DNA from: a virus
Reading direction: 5' to 3' (one strand)
Length of the DNA stretch: 64,000 bases
Virus record (IMG/VR): IMGVR_UViG_3300037422_000262
Position numbers and translations under genes: made by a program. The notes under the pieces are model-generated. The model made no database searches. It was not told the DNA's origin and saw only the letters and a list, made by a program, of their open reading frames with translations. Shown here piece by piece: positions 35,657-43,968 of this stretch; position 1 is the stretch's first letter, and every line of letters starts with the position of its first letter.

Positions 35657-36199
35657 AATCCTCATCACAGCTAAACACTTGACATTTGTCAAGCAAATCC
35701 AATCTAACGCCGACAATGAAGACCCGCTCTCGATTCTGAGGAACGCCGAAGTTCTTCGAGTTTAAGACCTCAAAGTCGATTGCATAGCCGCACTCACGGA
35801 AGCCTTCACATATTCTCTCAAACGAGTTTCCTTTATCGTGGGAAAGTATGCCTTTAACATTTTCAAACAGAAAGAACTTTGGTTGTTTGTCACGCAAAAT
35901 GCGAAAACATTCATACCACAAAGTCCCCCTGGAATCCTCAAACCCCTTTCTTTTTCCAGCAATACTCCAGGTTTGACAGGGAGTTCCTCCGCAGAGGAAA
36001 CCGAAGTCAGGAATGTCTGCTGCGTTGATTTTTGTGGCATCGCCGAATCCTTTGTGTTGTGGGAAGTGTTTTTTGTAGATTTGGATTGCATAACGATCGA
36101 TCTCGGAATATCCGACGCACTCTCCCCGGTCTCCGATTGCCTTTTCAAACCCCCAATACCGGAGAATAACGATAAATATTTAATTTTGAATTGCGGCAT
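35637..36199 (-). pseudogene. dcm: C5-cytosine methyltransferase, N-terminal fragment (motifs I-VIII); needs a -1 frameshift at 36150-36154
   Basis: Frame 0 gives MPQFKIKYLSLFSGIGG; the -1 frame continues FEKAIG...SEID...GGTPCQTWS...FLFENVKG...PQNRERVFIVG, open to the stop at 35637. Confidence 0.8.
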
Positions 36200-36300
36200 T
36201 TTTTACGCCTTGCGTTTGGAGTGTTAGCTGTTTGTCTTAAATAGAAATTTTTTAAAGGTAGTAGTTTTCCGCGTTTGACTGTTTAATACCCACGCCATTA

Positions 36301-36888
36301 TTACAGATCGTCTTCCGATTTCACGTTGTCAAAGTCGTTCTCCGCTCTCACCCGTGAAACCAAGGGTTCGCCGTCGCGTAACTTCTGGATATTGCGGATA
36401 TTGACGCTCACCCCGTTCTTACCCTTAAATGACCAAGCATAACACGTTATAACGGCCCGGGCGTAACAGCCGGGATAGAACTCTTCCGGGGACCCGATCT
36501 CCGCTTTGTTCGCGTCCACAAGCCCGGGGCGGAATTTCCCGCATTTTCCGTTAATGTAGAATTTACCGTCGGTCTCCGGGCGGTCGCTGTCCCCGCCGTC
36601 TAAAATAGGCAAGGCTAAATTAGAAGGCACGTCTTTAGGCCATTTTTCCGCGATGGTCTCTTCGACCAAGGCTTCCAGCTCCGAAAAATCCGTATCATGA
36701 TCGAAGATCATAACGCAGGAATACTTCCCGTCAAGCTCGCTCGGAGTGAAAATATTAGGGAACGACACGCGGAATTCCGGCGTTAATAAACTGCCCCCTT
36801 CCTTTTGTATGAATCCGGTTTGTCTTGCGGTGTTTCTTTTGGCCATTGAAGCGGTTTTTGTTGTGGTTGTTGATGATGCGGTTCTCAT
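36301..36888 (-). CDS. ssDNA-binding protein, DUF2815-like
   Basis: FRVSFPNIF, KYSCVMIF, FYPGCYAR, GVSVNIRNIQKLRDGEPL and an acidic tail; SD GGAGG. Confidence 0.85.
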   Translation of the reverse strand: MRTASSTTTTKTASMAKRNTARQTGFIQKEGGSLLTPEFRVSFPNIFTPSELDGKYSCVMIFDHDTDFSELEALVEETIAEKWPKDVPSNLALPILDGGDSDRPETDGKFYINGKCGKFRPGLVDANKAEIGSPEEFYPGCYARAVITCYAWSFKGKNGVSVNIRNIQKLRDGEPLVSRVRAENDFDNVKSEDDL

Positions 36889-38021
36889 TTAAAATCCTCC
36901 TGGGCTGTTATTGTTTTAACTTCTTCACCTTTTTCGTCTTCCGTGACGAGTTTGTAACCGTTCTCCGGCTTAAAAGCGTACCGTTCAACGATATCTTTTC
37001 CCACGATCTTTTCCAATTTCGCAGGGCTTTTAAGTTTGGGAGGCTCGAAAATATCGTCACCGTACCGAGTGCCAAGGTCTGCATGTACCGCTTCTTCAGA
37101 CCTCCAGGCACGATGGCCGTAACTTTGGACGAGCTTATAACCCGGAATTTTTTCCCCTTGGAGAGCGATCTCTTTGGCATGATCTTTCACCTTCGCTATC
37201 CAGTTGGTTAAGAAATCCGCATGGTCTAAAACGTTCTTGATCTGTTTAAGTGTTAGAGACCGCGGAGACGGAGCTTCGCTAAAGTCGCGGGCGATCAACT
37301 CCTTCGCTTTCGCCGCGACTGACGGGCATTGAGCGGCGGCCGGACAGAACGTTGAATGGCACCAAGGACCCGCGACCAAAGGCGCTTCCTGCCGGAGCGC
37401 GTTGGCGGCCCTGACCTTAAGCTCTTCTTTAAAAGCCATCAGGTGCTTATAGGTGAGGGTTTCAACGTCTATCCAGCCGCCCTGGTACCGTGGCTGAACG
37501 ATCGTAAGCTCTATTTCATCGACGTCCTCATTCATCGCGTCATAGAGGGCGTAATAGCGCAACTGTTTATTATCGAATGCGCTCACCTTCTTCCCGCTCC
37601 CGTATTTAAAATCAAATACATAGAGCTTCTTGAAGGGGATAAGGACCCGGACGTCGGGGGTCGCGAATAGTGCCTCATGGACTTGGGGGAGACGGATCTT
37701 TTCCTCGAGCTTAATGATCGCCCCATGTTCCGTTTTAGAGCGGACGTATTCGACGAATTGCCATACAGCGTCGATCATTTCGGGCATTACTTTAACTGTA
37801 AAGCCGTCTACTTCTCTTTCGTTAGGATAGGCGAAAGACTTCTTCTGCCGATTATTCTTCAAGATATCGTAAACAAGCCCGTGAGCAGCCGTCCCCTCCG
37901 CCATATAGATATTCGGCTCCGCCGGGAATTGCTCCGTCATCTTGACAGACCCCGGGCAGTTCCACCACCGCTCACAGGATGAAGCAGGCAGTTTAGAGTG
38001 TTTCGGTTCTTTAGATCTCAT
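36885..38021 (-). CDS. DUF2800 / Cas4-like PD-(D/E)XK exonuclease
   Basis: HSKLPASSCERWWNCPGS, EGTAAH, TPDV...VFDFKYG, NKQLRYYA, GPWCHSTFCPA; start re-assigned to ATG 38021. Confidence 0.88.
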   Translation of the reverse strand: MRSKEPKHSKLPASSCERWWNCPGSVKMTEQFPAEPNIYMAEGTAAHGLVYDILKNNRQKKSFAYPNEREVDGFTVKVMPEMIDAVWQFVEYVRSKTEHGAIIKLEEKIRLPQVHEALFATPDVRVLIPFKKLYVFDFKYGSGKKVSAFDNKQLRYYALYDAMNEDVDEIELTIVQPRYQGGWIDVETLTYKHLMAFKEELKVRAANALRQEAPLVAGPWCHSTFCPAAAQCPSVAAKAKELIARDFSEAPSPRSLTLKQIKNVLDHADFLTNWIAKVKDHAKEIALQGEKIPGYKLVQSYGHRAWRSEEAVHADLGTRYGDDIFEPPKLKSPAKLEKIVGKDIVERYAFKPENGYKLVTEDEKGEEVKTITAQEDFK

Positions 38022-39735
38022 CGACAGACGGCCCTTGGCTGACCCCAATTCCGACGGATAGAAGGGTTTGCATTTCGGATTTGATCTGGGCGAGCTGTTC
38101 TCGGTCACAATCAGCGAGTTTCCCTCCGCCTACGCGCCGGACGATCTCTAAACACTTATTCTTCCCTTCCGGGACTTCCTGCACGATCGTGTTCGCCAAT
38201 TCGCGGACCTCTTCAACGGAAACTTCTGCGGCCGGTTGCACGGCTTTAGCTTTAGCCGGCCTTCCGACGGGGCGGGGTGTCGGCGGGGGAACGGCCGGAT
38301 TAGCTGATTTAAACTTTGGTGCTTCTTTCGGGGTGTCCAATAACTGCGTCAATTTGTCGATCGTGTTAACGCAGTTTGCGGCGATCTGTTCTAACTTCGC
38401 GACTCTTTCTTCTAAAAACATAGGTGCCTCTCCTTTTCGTTGTTTGTCCTCATCACCGAGGATTTTCTTGATGACTTTCTGTTTCCAGAGGATCGTGTCC
38501 ATCATCTGAGACTCGATCGTGTCTTTAATCGTTAAAATGTAGGCGACAACCGGGTCTTTCTGGCCCATACGGTGCAGCCTCCCGATCGCCTGGTCGATAT
38601 CGGAGGGGCTCCAGGACGGCTCGACAAATACGCATATCTTGGCCGCGTTCTGTAAACCGTCAACCCCTTCTCCGCACGCTTGCATCTGGCCTAAAAAAAT
38701 CTTAAGTGCGGGGTCCGCATTAAAAGCTCTGATCTTGTCGTTTTTCTGATAGATATTATCTTTGCCCGATACAATTATAACGCCGTATTTTTCCAGATGC
38801 CGGGCCAGGTCTTGAGCGACTTCGTGATGGTGGAAGAACACAACGGTCTTTTCCGTGCCTTCCAAGAGATCTTCAATAAATTTAACCGCTTCCGGGACCT
38901 TGTATTTAGCGACGCATTTACGCAACCGGACGATCTCGCCTAATTTAAAATACGCGGGGTCGGATTCGCCGGCGTCTTCCATTGTTTTTTGTTCTTCCTG
39001 TCTTATGATCTCTTTGGCGTGGGGGGAGAGATCAAATTCGATCTTAGAGACTATCTTCTCCGGGAGCTCATCGAGAACATCCTCTTTCCGGCGCCTTAAA
39101 TAGAACGGCCTGATCCGTTCGTTCAGCTCTTTCTCCCGGCTGGAACCCCGGACGTTCAATCCGAATTTGTCCTGGAACGCCCCGCAGTAGCGGAACGCGA
39201 AACCCATATAGTCATTGTATGGCCTGATCAATTCAGACGCGCATGTACTTAATATCGTGTAAAGATCGATCGGACGGTTATGAACGGGGGTCCCGGTCAA
39301 GAACCACATTCTATCCGTATTGGCGATCAGCCCGAATTTCGAAAGGATGCGCTTGGTCCTTTTAGCTTCGGGATTTTTTGCGCGGTGGGCCTCGTCGCAG
39401 ATGACCGTTGAGAATTGCATCTTTTTTAAGAGGTTAAAGATCTTTTTATCCTCTCGGCTGATAAGATCGTAGTTAACAATAAGTATCTTTGCCTCCGGAA
39501 GAGTCTTATCTTTTGAGTTGATGATAAACGCCTCTTCGCCCCGCCAGGTCAGAAAGAGGTTCTGCCAATGCAATTTAACGGACGCCGGACAGATGATAAG
39601 GACTGGCCGGGCGCCGCCGTTCAAAGCGCAGATCGCCTGAACCGTTTTCCCCGTTCCGATCTCATCGGCCAAGAGCGCGTATTTCCGGTTCTTCAGGAAT
39701 TCGGCGCCTTGTTTTTGATAATTTCTTAATTCCAC
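38011..39735 (-). CDS. SNF2-family helicase with a fused C-terminal small domain
   Basis: ADEIGTGKT, VICDEAH, LTGTP, QAIGRLHRMGQ; 136-aa C-terminal extension has its own SD and ATG (38421). Confidence 0.9.
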   Translation of the reverse strand: MELRNYQKQGAEFLKNRKYALLADEIGTGKTVQAICALNGGARPVLIICPASVKLHWQNLFLTWRGEEAFIINSKDKTLPEAKILIVNYDLISREDKKIFNLLKKMQFSTVICDEAHRAKNPEAKRTKRILSKFGLIANTDRMWFLTGTPVHNRPIDLYTILSTCASELIRPYNDYMGFAFRYCGAFQDKFGLNVRGSSREKELNERIRPFYLRRRKEDVLDELPEKIVSKIEFDLSPHAKEIIRQEEQKTMEDAGESDPAYFKLGEIVRLRKCVAKYKVPEAVKFIEDLLEGTEKTVVFFHHHEVAQDLARHLEKYGVIIVSGKDNIYQKNDKIRAFNADPALKIFLGQMQACGEGVDGLQNAAKICVFVEPSWSPSDIDQAIGRLHRMGQKDPVVAYILTIKDTIESQMMDTILWKQKVIKKILGDEDKQRKGEAPMFLEERVAKLEQIAANCVNTIDKLTQLLDTPKEAPKFKSANPAVPPPTPRPVGRPAKAKAVQPAAEVSVEEVRELANTIVQEVPEGKNKCLEIVRRVGGGKLADCDREQLAQIKSEMQTLLSVGIGVSQGPSVDEI

Positions 39736-39888
39736 TTACCCCGTCCCATCCTTACGGTCAATATCATCCATGATCTTATCATATTCATCTTCCCGGCCTT
39801 CCCGATATCCGACTTTATACCCGGCCCAAAACATAAGCCCGCTTGAGATCAGTATAACGGTCACCTGATTGATCGTGAAATCTTCCAT
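39736..39888 (-). CDS. Small single-TM protein (50 aa, MEDFTINQVTVILISSGLMFWAGY...; not in ORF track)
   Basis: SD GGAGG; stop abuts the GTG of the helicase. Confidence 0.55.
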   Translation of the reverse strand: MEDFTINQVTVILISSGLMFWAGYKVGYREGREDEYDKIMDDIDRKDGTG

Positions 39889-40065
39889 AATGACCTCCCC
39901 TATGCCGGTTTACTTCTCTTCATATAATATTGACAAGACCAATAGAGCCGCGGACATCACCACCCCAAGGGCTGATATCACCGCCATAGCAAAGAATAAT
40001 ATCGTATTTTCCCTTAACCCTCTCCTTTCAAATCAAGCCCCTTGTCTGGCACTTGGCAGGTTTCC

Positions 40066-40350
40066 CTACACCCGTGCATTGCCGGACACCCGTGCATCGC
40101 CGGACACCCGTGCATCGCCGGACACCCGTGCATCGCCGGACACCCGTGCATCGCCGGACACCCGTGCATCGCCGTACACCCGGGCATTGCCGGACACATC
40201 TGAATTATTCCCGCTCTCTACATACCCGCCAAGCTGTCCTTTTTTAACGTCTGAAAATTCTGTCTTTGGCTTAACCCGAAAAACCTTAATGCCAAAAACA
40301 TTGATCTTAAAATCTGATCTGATTAAAGTATATTTTTTATTTTTCATCAT
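40066..40350 (-). CDS. Hexapeptide (GDARVS) repeat, left-handed beta-helix phage protein
   Basis: KYTL...FRVK...DVKKGQLGGYVES N-terminus followed by seven GD/NARVS/Y repeats. Confidence 0.8.
   Translation of the reverse strand: MMKNKKYTLIRSDFKINVFGIKVFRVKPKTEFSDVKKGQLGGYVESGNNSDVSGNARVYGDARVSGDARVSGDARVSGDARVSGDARVSGNARV
40069..40194. repeat. Seven tandem 18-bp units (cacccgtgcatcgccgga consensus), coding VNTR
   Basis: Units at 40069, 40087, 40105, 40123, 40141, 40159, 40177; units 2-5 are identical. Confidence 0.95.
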
Positions 40351-40427
40351 CTGATCCCTTTAACTTTTAACGCGTCCTTGCCGGCACAGATGGCTTTGGC
40401 TAACTCTATCCCCATATACTTTCCTTT

Positions 40428-40455
40428 AATATACTATATTACAATATATTGTCAA
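40428..40455 (-). promoter_or_regulatory. sigma70-type promoter TTGACA-16-TATATT overlapping the primase stop and a palindrome ACAATATATTGT
   Basis: Read on the - strand; SD AAAGGA and a 22-aa ORF (MGIELAKAIC...) follow. Confidence 0.6.
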
Positions 40456-42556
40456 GCGTCTCATCCGGCCGTTCTTTTGTGTAATACCACAGCAAAACCC
40501 CGTCTTTACGCAGCCTTTGTTTCTTGAACCCCAATTGTTTTAAGCATACCGCCATACGCATCGCGTCACGGTGGGAAAATTGCGCGATCGCGGCGCCTAA
40601 ACATGACGTATAGATATCTTTAAGCTCGACCGCGATCAGAGGATTTAATTTTTGGCCCAGCTTATTCTCCCGGCGGGTGAAGATCTCTTTATTTTTCTCG
40701 ACCCAGCCCCCGATGACGGGTTTCCACGGATCTTCGGATTGACGTTTCGCGATCTCCTCCTGCACGACTTCTCCCAGTTTTTGATCGTCGATATAAAGCC
40801 TTTCTCCTCTTAAATATAACTGATACGCCTCCGCCCATAACTGATCGCGGTCAGCTTCCAAAGCTTTAAAATCCACTCCCCTTATCATCACCGGCCAATA
40901 CCTGCGGTTGCCGGTCGTGTCGTGGAGATAGCCTTCGCTTTCCGGGTTGATCGTCCCAATAAAAGCGCATTGACGCGGGAAATCCATAACAGACCGCCCA
41001 TAGGCCGGCCGCGCGCGGTCGACGCGCCGGGTGATAAAAGCTTTCAATGTTTTAGCTTCGTATTTAGAGAGAGCTTCCATTTCCGCGAGTTCAACGATCC
41101 AGTTCCCCCGGATGATATCGATCGCGTCTTTATTACGCGGGTCAAAGGCCGCGTCGGTGAACCAAGGCTGGGCAAGGATACGGCATAAGCGGCTTTTGCC
41201 TATCCCCTGGGCGCCTTCCAGGACGAGGACGTAATCGCATTGGCAGCCGGGGTTAAAGATCCGCGTCACGGCTGCGGCCAAGAATTTACGCCCGAGGGTG
41301 CGGGTGTAGAGTTCATCAGCAGCCCCGGCATAAGCTGTCAGCCATGCATCAACGCGGGGTTTTGAGTCCCACTTCAATGCCTGGATATAATTGCGGATAG
41401 GATGATAACTTTTTTGCATGGCGATATAGACGGCCGCTTCATGGATCAAGGCCGTCGCGGCGTTGAACTTATGCTTGCGCGCCAGGTGGACCTTGCAATG
41501 GATCGCGTCGGAGTCTTCCCATGTGCTGTGGGGTTTATTCCATCCGGGCTCTTTGATAAATTCAATGCGGTCGGTCAATAAGTTATAGCGGAGGTTATCG
41601 AATAAAGGGGCGTGTTCGTCCATGCTTAACAGCTGCACCGTATTATGGATGTTCGTCTTATAACTTTCGTCTTTGTTCTTGTCCCAAATGTACGGTTTAT
41701 CCGGCCGGGTGACGGACAGTAACCCGGGCGAGTTTTCGCCGTAGGAATAGGCGTTATTGACTTTTTGCTGAAGGCCCACCATCGACCAGGGCGGAGAGCA
41801 GCGGGGGTTATAGTGTTCGGCCATCAATTCCCAAGTCTTATCCGGGGTCAGCCCGAGATCTTTTCCTTTCGCCGCGGCCTTGAACGCGCTCAGGTCGCCG
41901 TTATGGCCTTCGACCGCCGGGTCCGCGTTCATAAGGAATTTAATATAATTAGCGATATCAATGGGGTTATCCGCCATTACAGAGGCTGTTTCTTGGGCAG
42001 AAAGGGACCTGGGGCGCGTTAACAGGGCCAATAACGTGTCAGGGCATGGCGCGAGCTTGGACGGGCTCCCGGCGTGGAATGTGTAGCCTTTTCCTTGTGC
42101 CTCGAGCCACGATCCCCCGGCCATGATGTATTTGTCTTTAAATTCCAACCCGGGGTAGTCTTTGAGGGTTGAGCGGATAAAAATATCCGGGGGTTTAGTG
42201 AAATAAAAATGATATCCGCCGGAGGGGGTCTTAACGGTGAATGTTTCGCGGTCTTTGGGGTTAAGTTTAAGGAAACCCCATAACCGGGCCAGGGGTTTGT
42301 CCCCGAGGGTGAAATTTTTGACGTCAACATCAATAACGAGGCGGTCAGGTTTAAGGATAGCGCCGTAATTGCGTTCCTCCAGCGCCATAAGAGGGTCATG
42401 GGGTGTATCCGGGAACCCTTTAAAAGCCGGGAATTTGGTCCAGCCTTTGCAGGGGAAGAGGGGGAAACCGGCCGCCAGGTACGCTTTAAATAGGGCTTGG
42501 TCCGTTTTCGCCGTCTGTGCCGCTCTTTCGCCGGGTGTTTTGGGGGCGGTTGGCAT
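40439..42556 (-). CDS. Bifunctional primase/polymerase (Prim-Pol) fused to VirE/VapE-type helicase
   Basis: FPLFPCKG...LVIDVD...VKTPSGGYHFYF Prim-Pol motifs; P-loop LEGAQGIGKS and DTTGNRRYW; spans the unit junction. Confidence 0.9.
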   Translation of the reverse strand: MPTAPKTPGERAAQTAKTDQALFKAYLAAGFPLFPCKGWTKFPAFKGFPDTPHDPLMALEERNYGAILKPDRLVIDVDVKNFTLGDKPLARLWGFLKLNPKDRETFTVKTPSGGYHFYFTKPPDIFIRSTLKDYPGLEFKDKYIMAGGSWLEAQGKGYTFHAGSPSKLAPCPDTLLALLTRPRSLSAQETASVMADNPIDIANYIKFLMNADPAVEGHNGDLSAFKAAAKGKDLGLTPDKTWELMAEHYNPRCSPPWSMVGLQQKVNNAYSYGENSPGLLSVTRPDKPYIWDKNKDESYKTNIHNTVQLLSMDEHAPLFDNLRYNLLTDRIEFIKEPGWNKPHSTWEDSDAIHCKVHLARKHKFNAATALIHEAAVYIAMQKSYHPIRNYIQALKWDSKPRVDAWLTAYAGAADELYTRTLGRKFLAAAVTRIFNPGCQCDYVLVLEGAQGIGKSRLCRILAQPWFTDAAFDPRNKDAIDIIRGNWIVELAEMEALSKYEAKTLKAFITRRVDRARPAYGRSVMDFPRQCAFIGTINPESEGYLHDTTGNRRYWPVMIRGVDFKALEADRDQLWAEAYQLYLRGERLYIDDQKLGEVVQEEIAKRQSEDPWKPVIGGWVEKNKEIFTRRENKLGQKLNPLIAVELKDIYTSCLGAAIAQFSHRDAMRMAVCLKQLGFKKQRLRKDGVLLWYYTKERPDETLDNIL

Positions 42557-42965
42557 AATGCAAACTTTTTTCTTTTAAATATTCCTGAATGGACCGCGTA
42601 TCAATAAAAATTTGCCCCAGGGTGTTACAGTAAGCTTTGATCCGGCCGGATTTGATCAGGGTTTTGACTCGCGCCGGGCCGACTTTTAAGAACCCCGCGG
42701 CTGCCCTGAGATCCGCTGATGTTTTAAGGACGCCGGGCGGCTGGTCCTCCATAAGAGGAAGGTTTTTCCGTTTCGCGTGAAAATATTTTATATCGTTCTT
42801 GGAATACCGGAGGCCGCCGTCCCCGTCCGTTTCCGGGCCGCGTCCATAGTATTTTTTGACCTTATGCCGGCGGGCCAAGTGGGAGAACCCCGACGGGGAG
42901 AGGTTAAGCGCGCGGCGCGCTTCGCTGAAAGGGATGAAATCGGCCGGGGCGGGGTGTGTGTTCAT
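42486..42965 (-). CDS. Tandem HTH DNA-binding protein (copy 2)
   Basis: Identical to 810-1289. Confidence 0.65.
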   Translation of the reverse strand: MNTHPAPADFIPFSEARRALNLSPSGFSHLARRHKVKKYYGRGPETDGDGGLRYSKNDIKYFHAKRKNLPLMEDQPPGVLKTSADLRAAAGFLKVGPARVKTLIKSGRIKAYCNTLGQIFIDTRSIQEYLKEKSLHYANRPQNTRRKSGTDGENGPSPI

Positions 42966-43031
42966 AATAATGGGTTATGGTAACCCGGTAAGTAAGGGTT
43001 GTCAAGAAGATATTTTTTTTATCCGCGCGCG

Positions 43032-43316
43032 TTATACACTTTGATATTCATATTTGCGGCTTAACTTACAGTTCCGGGTAAAGACTTCATAGCGCGCAGT
43101 ATTAATCCTTTCTTTCAGACAGACGGCCGGATCAGTTCCGTTTTTTGCCTCCGTTAATTCAGCATCTTTTGTTATATCGCCATCAATGCGGACGGCATAT
43201 TTTGTTTTCCCGGTGATCCGCCCTTCTTTGTGCCCGTCGGGGCATTTGACGAACGCATCGAATAAGCATTTTGCTCCGCCGTCTGTTTCGTGACAGTACA
43301 GTCCGGCAGGTTTCAT
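43032..43316 (-). CDS. Hypothetical early protein (copy 2)
   Basis: Identical to 1356-1640. Confidence 0.6.
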   Translation of the reverse strand: MKPAGLYCHETDGGAKCLFDAFVKCPDGHKEGRITGKTKYAVRIDGDITKDAELTEAKNGTDPAVCLKERINTARYEVFTRNCKLSRKYEYQSV

Positions 43317-43789
43317 CCCATTACCATCCCTTCCGCTGTTTTTAAGTTTTTCTTATGTTCCCTGATAAAATACTCCGCTTGGGCCCGCGCTTCTTTTTTG
43401 GCCGCGAAAACAAGGCCTAATCGGGAAACGTCCCATTGCCGATCAGGGAAATTGCCTTCATGCGACAGGGCCAAATAAACGCCGGAGTGAATATACGCTT
43501 CCAGCCCGAATATACGGTATTTTTTAATATAGCCGAGCGCTTCGGCTGCTTTTTCGCCTTATCTCGGATCAATGCCTCTGTCAGCGATCGTTTGGGCCAA
43601 GCGTTGAGATATCCCGGGGACGGGTTTTCCGTCAACGTGCTTCCCGCGATCAACGGTGAAATCGGGGCGAAAGGCCGCGAGAAAGATATTGTTATCTTGC
43701 CGGTCTTCCGGGGACCCATAATCTACGTCTTGACAGACATTTATAGTCAAATGTTCTTTCGTTTCGGTGCGGATCGGTTCGTTTTTCGC
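43313..43789 (-). pseudogene. TAA-interrupted early gene (copy 2)
   Basis: Identical to 1637-2113. Confidence 0.5.
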
Positions 43790-43968
43790 CGGATTATCGC
43801 CTTTCCCTCTCTTATAGGTTTATAAATGTCTTTTATCCCTGTCTTAACGCTGCGCCTTAATGGGGACGTATACAGACCACTCCAAACATTTTGTCCCGTT
43901 TCAGTTTTATGCGCTTTAAGTAAAGCTTCTTCCCAGCCAACACATAAGATTATAATCGGTTTTTGCAT
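43747..43968 (-). CDS. First early gene (copy 2)
   Basis: Identical to 2071-2292. Confidence 0.55.
   Translation of the reverse strand: MQKPIIILCVGWEEALLKAHKTETGQNVWSGLYTSPLRRSVKTGIKDIYKPIREGKAIIRRKTNRSAPKRKNI

Larger units (their letters stand above)
1..41676. mobile_element. Complete unit-length podovirus-like phage genome (41,676 bp, circularly permuted; unit boundary falls inside the primase gene)
   Basis: All ORFs recur at a constant +41,676 offset (e.g. 89->41765, 4103->45779). Full packaging, capsid, tail, lysis and replication gene set and no host genes. Confidence 0.95.

Noticed and set aside
35664-35693. Dedicated promoter for the HNH gene from the TTGACA palindrome
   Set aside because: The best -10 at 17 bp is TGTGAT, which lacks the -11 A; too weak to call.
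35150-35705. Classical group I intron in dcm
   Set aside because: Not called as a feature. U/G boundaries are possible, but I could not find P/Q/R/S core elements or a convincing P1, little sequence lies outside the HNH ORF, and the downstream half has its own SD and ATG. Kept only as an alternative in the finding.
36885-38021. Cas4 indicating a CRISPR system
   Set aside because: It is a DUF2800-type nuclease in the standard DUF2800-DUF2815-PolA replication module, with no other cas genes or arrays.
40069-40194. CRISPR-like array
   Set aside because: The 18-bp units are contiguous with no spacers and encode an in-frame hexapeptide repeat.
1-41676. Alternative genetic code or stop-codon reassignment suggested by the in-frame TAA (1883) and TAG (40066)
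   Set aside because: Very long ORFs (1594, 977, 769 aa) are intact under the standard code, and TAA, TAG and TGA all terminate well-coupled genes.
1-41676. Apparent over-representation of GATC/CGATCG and NCG codons as a host or methylation signature
   Set aside because: This is an impression only; it needs k-mer counts against a Markov background, which I cannot run.
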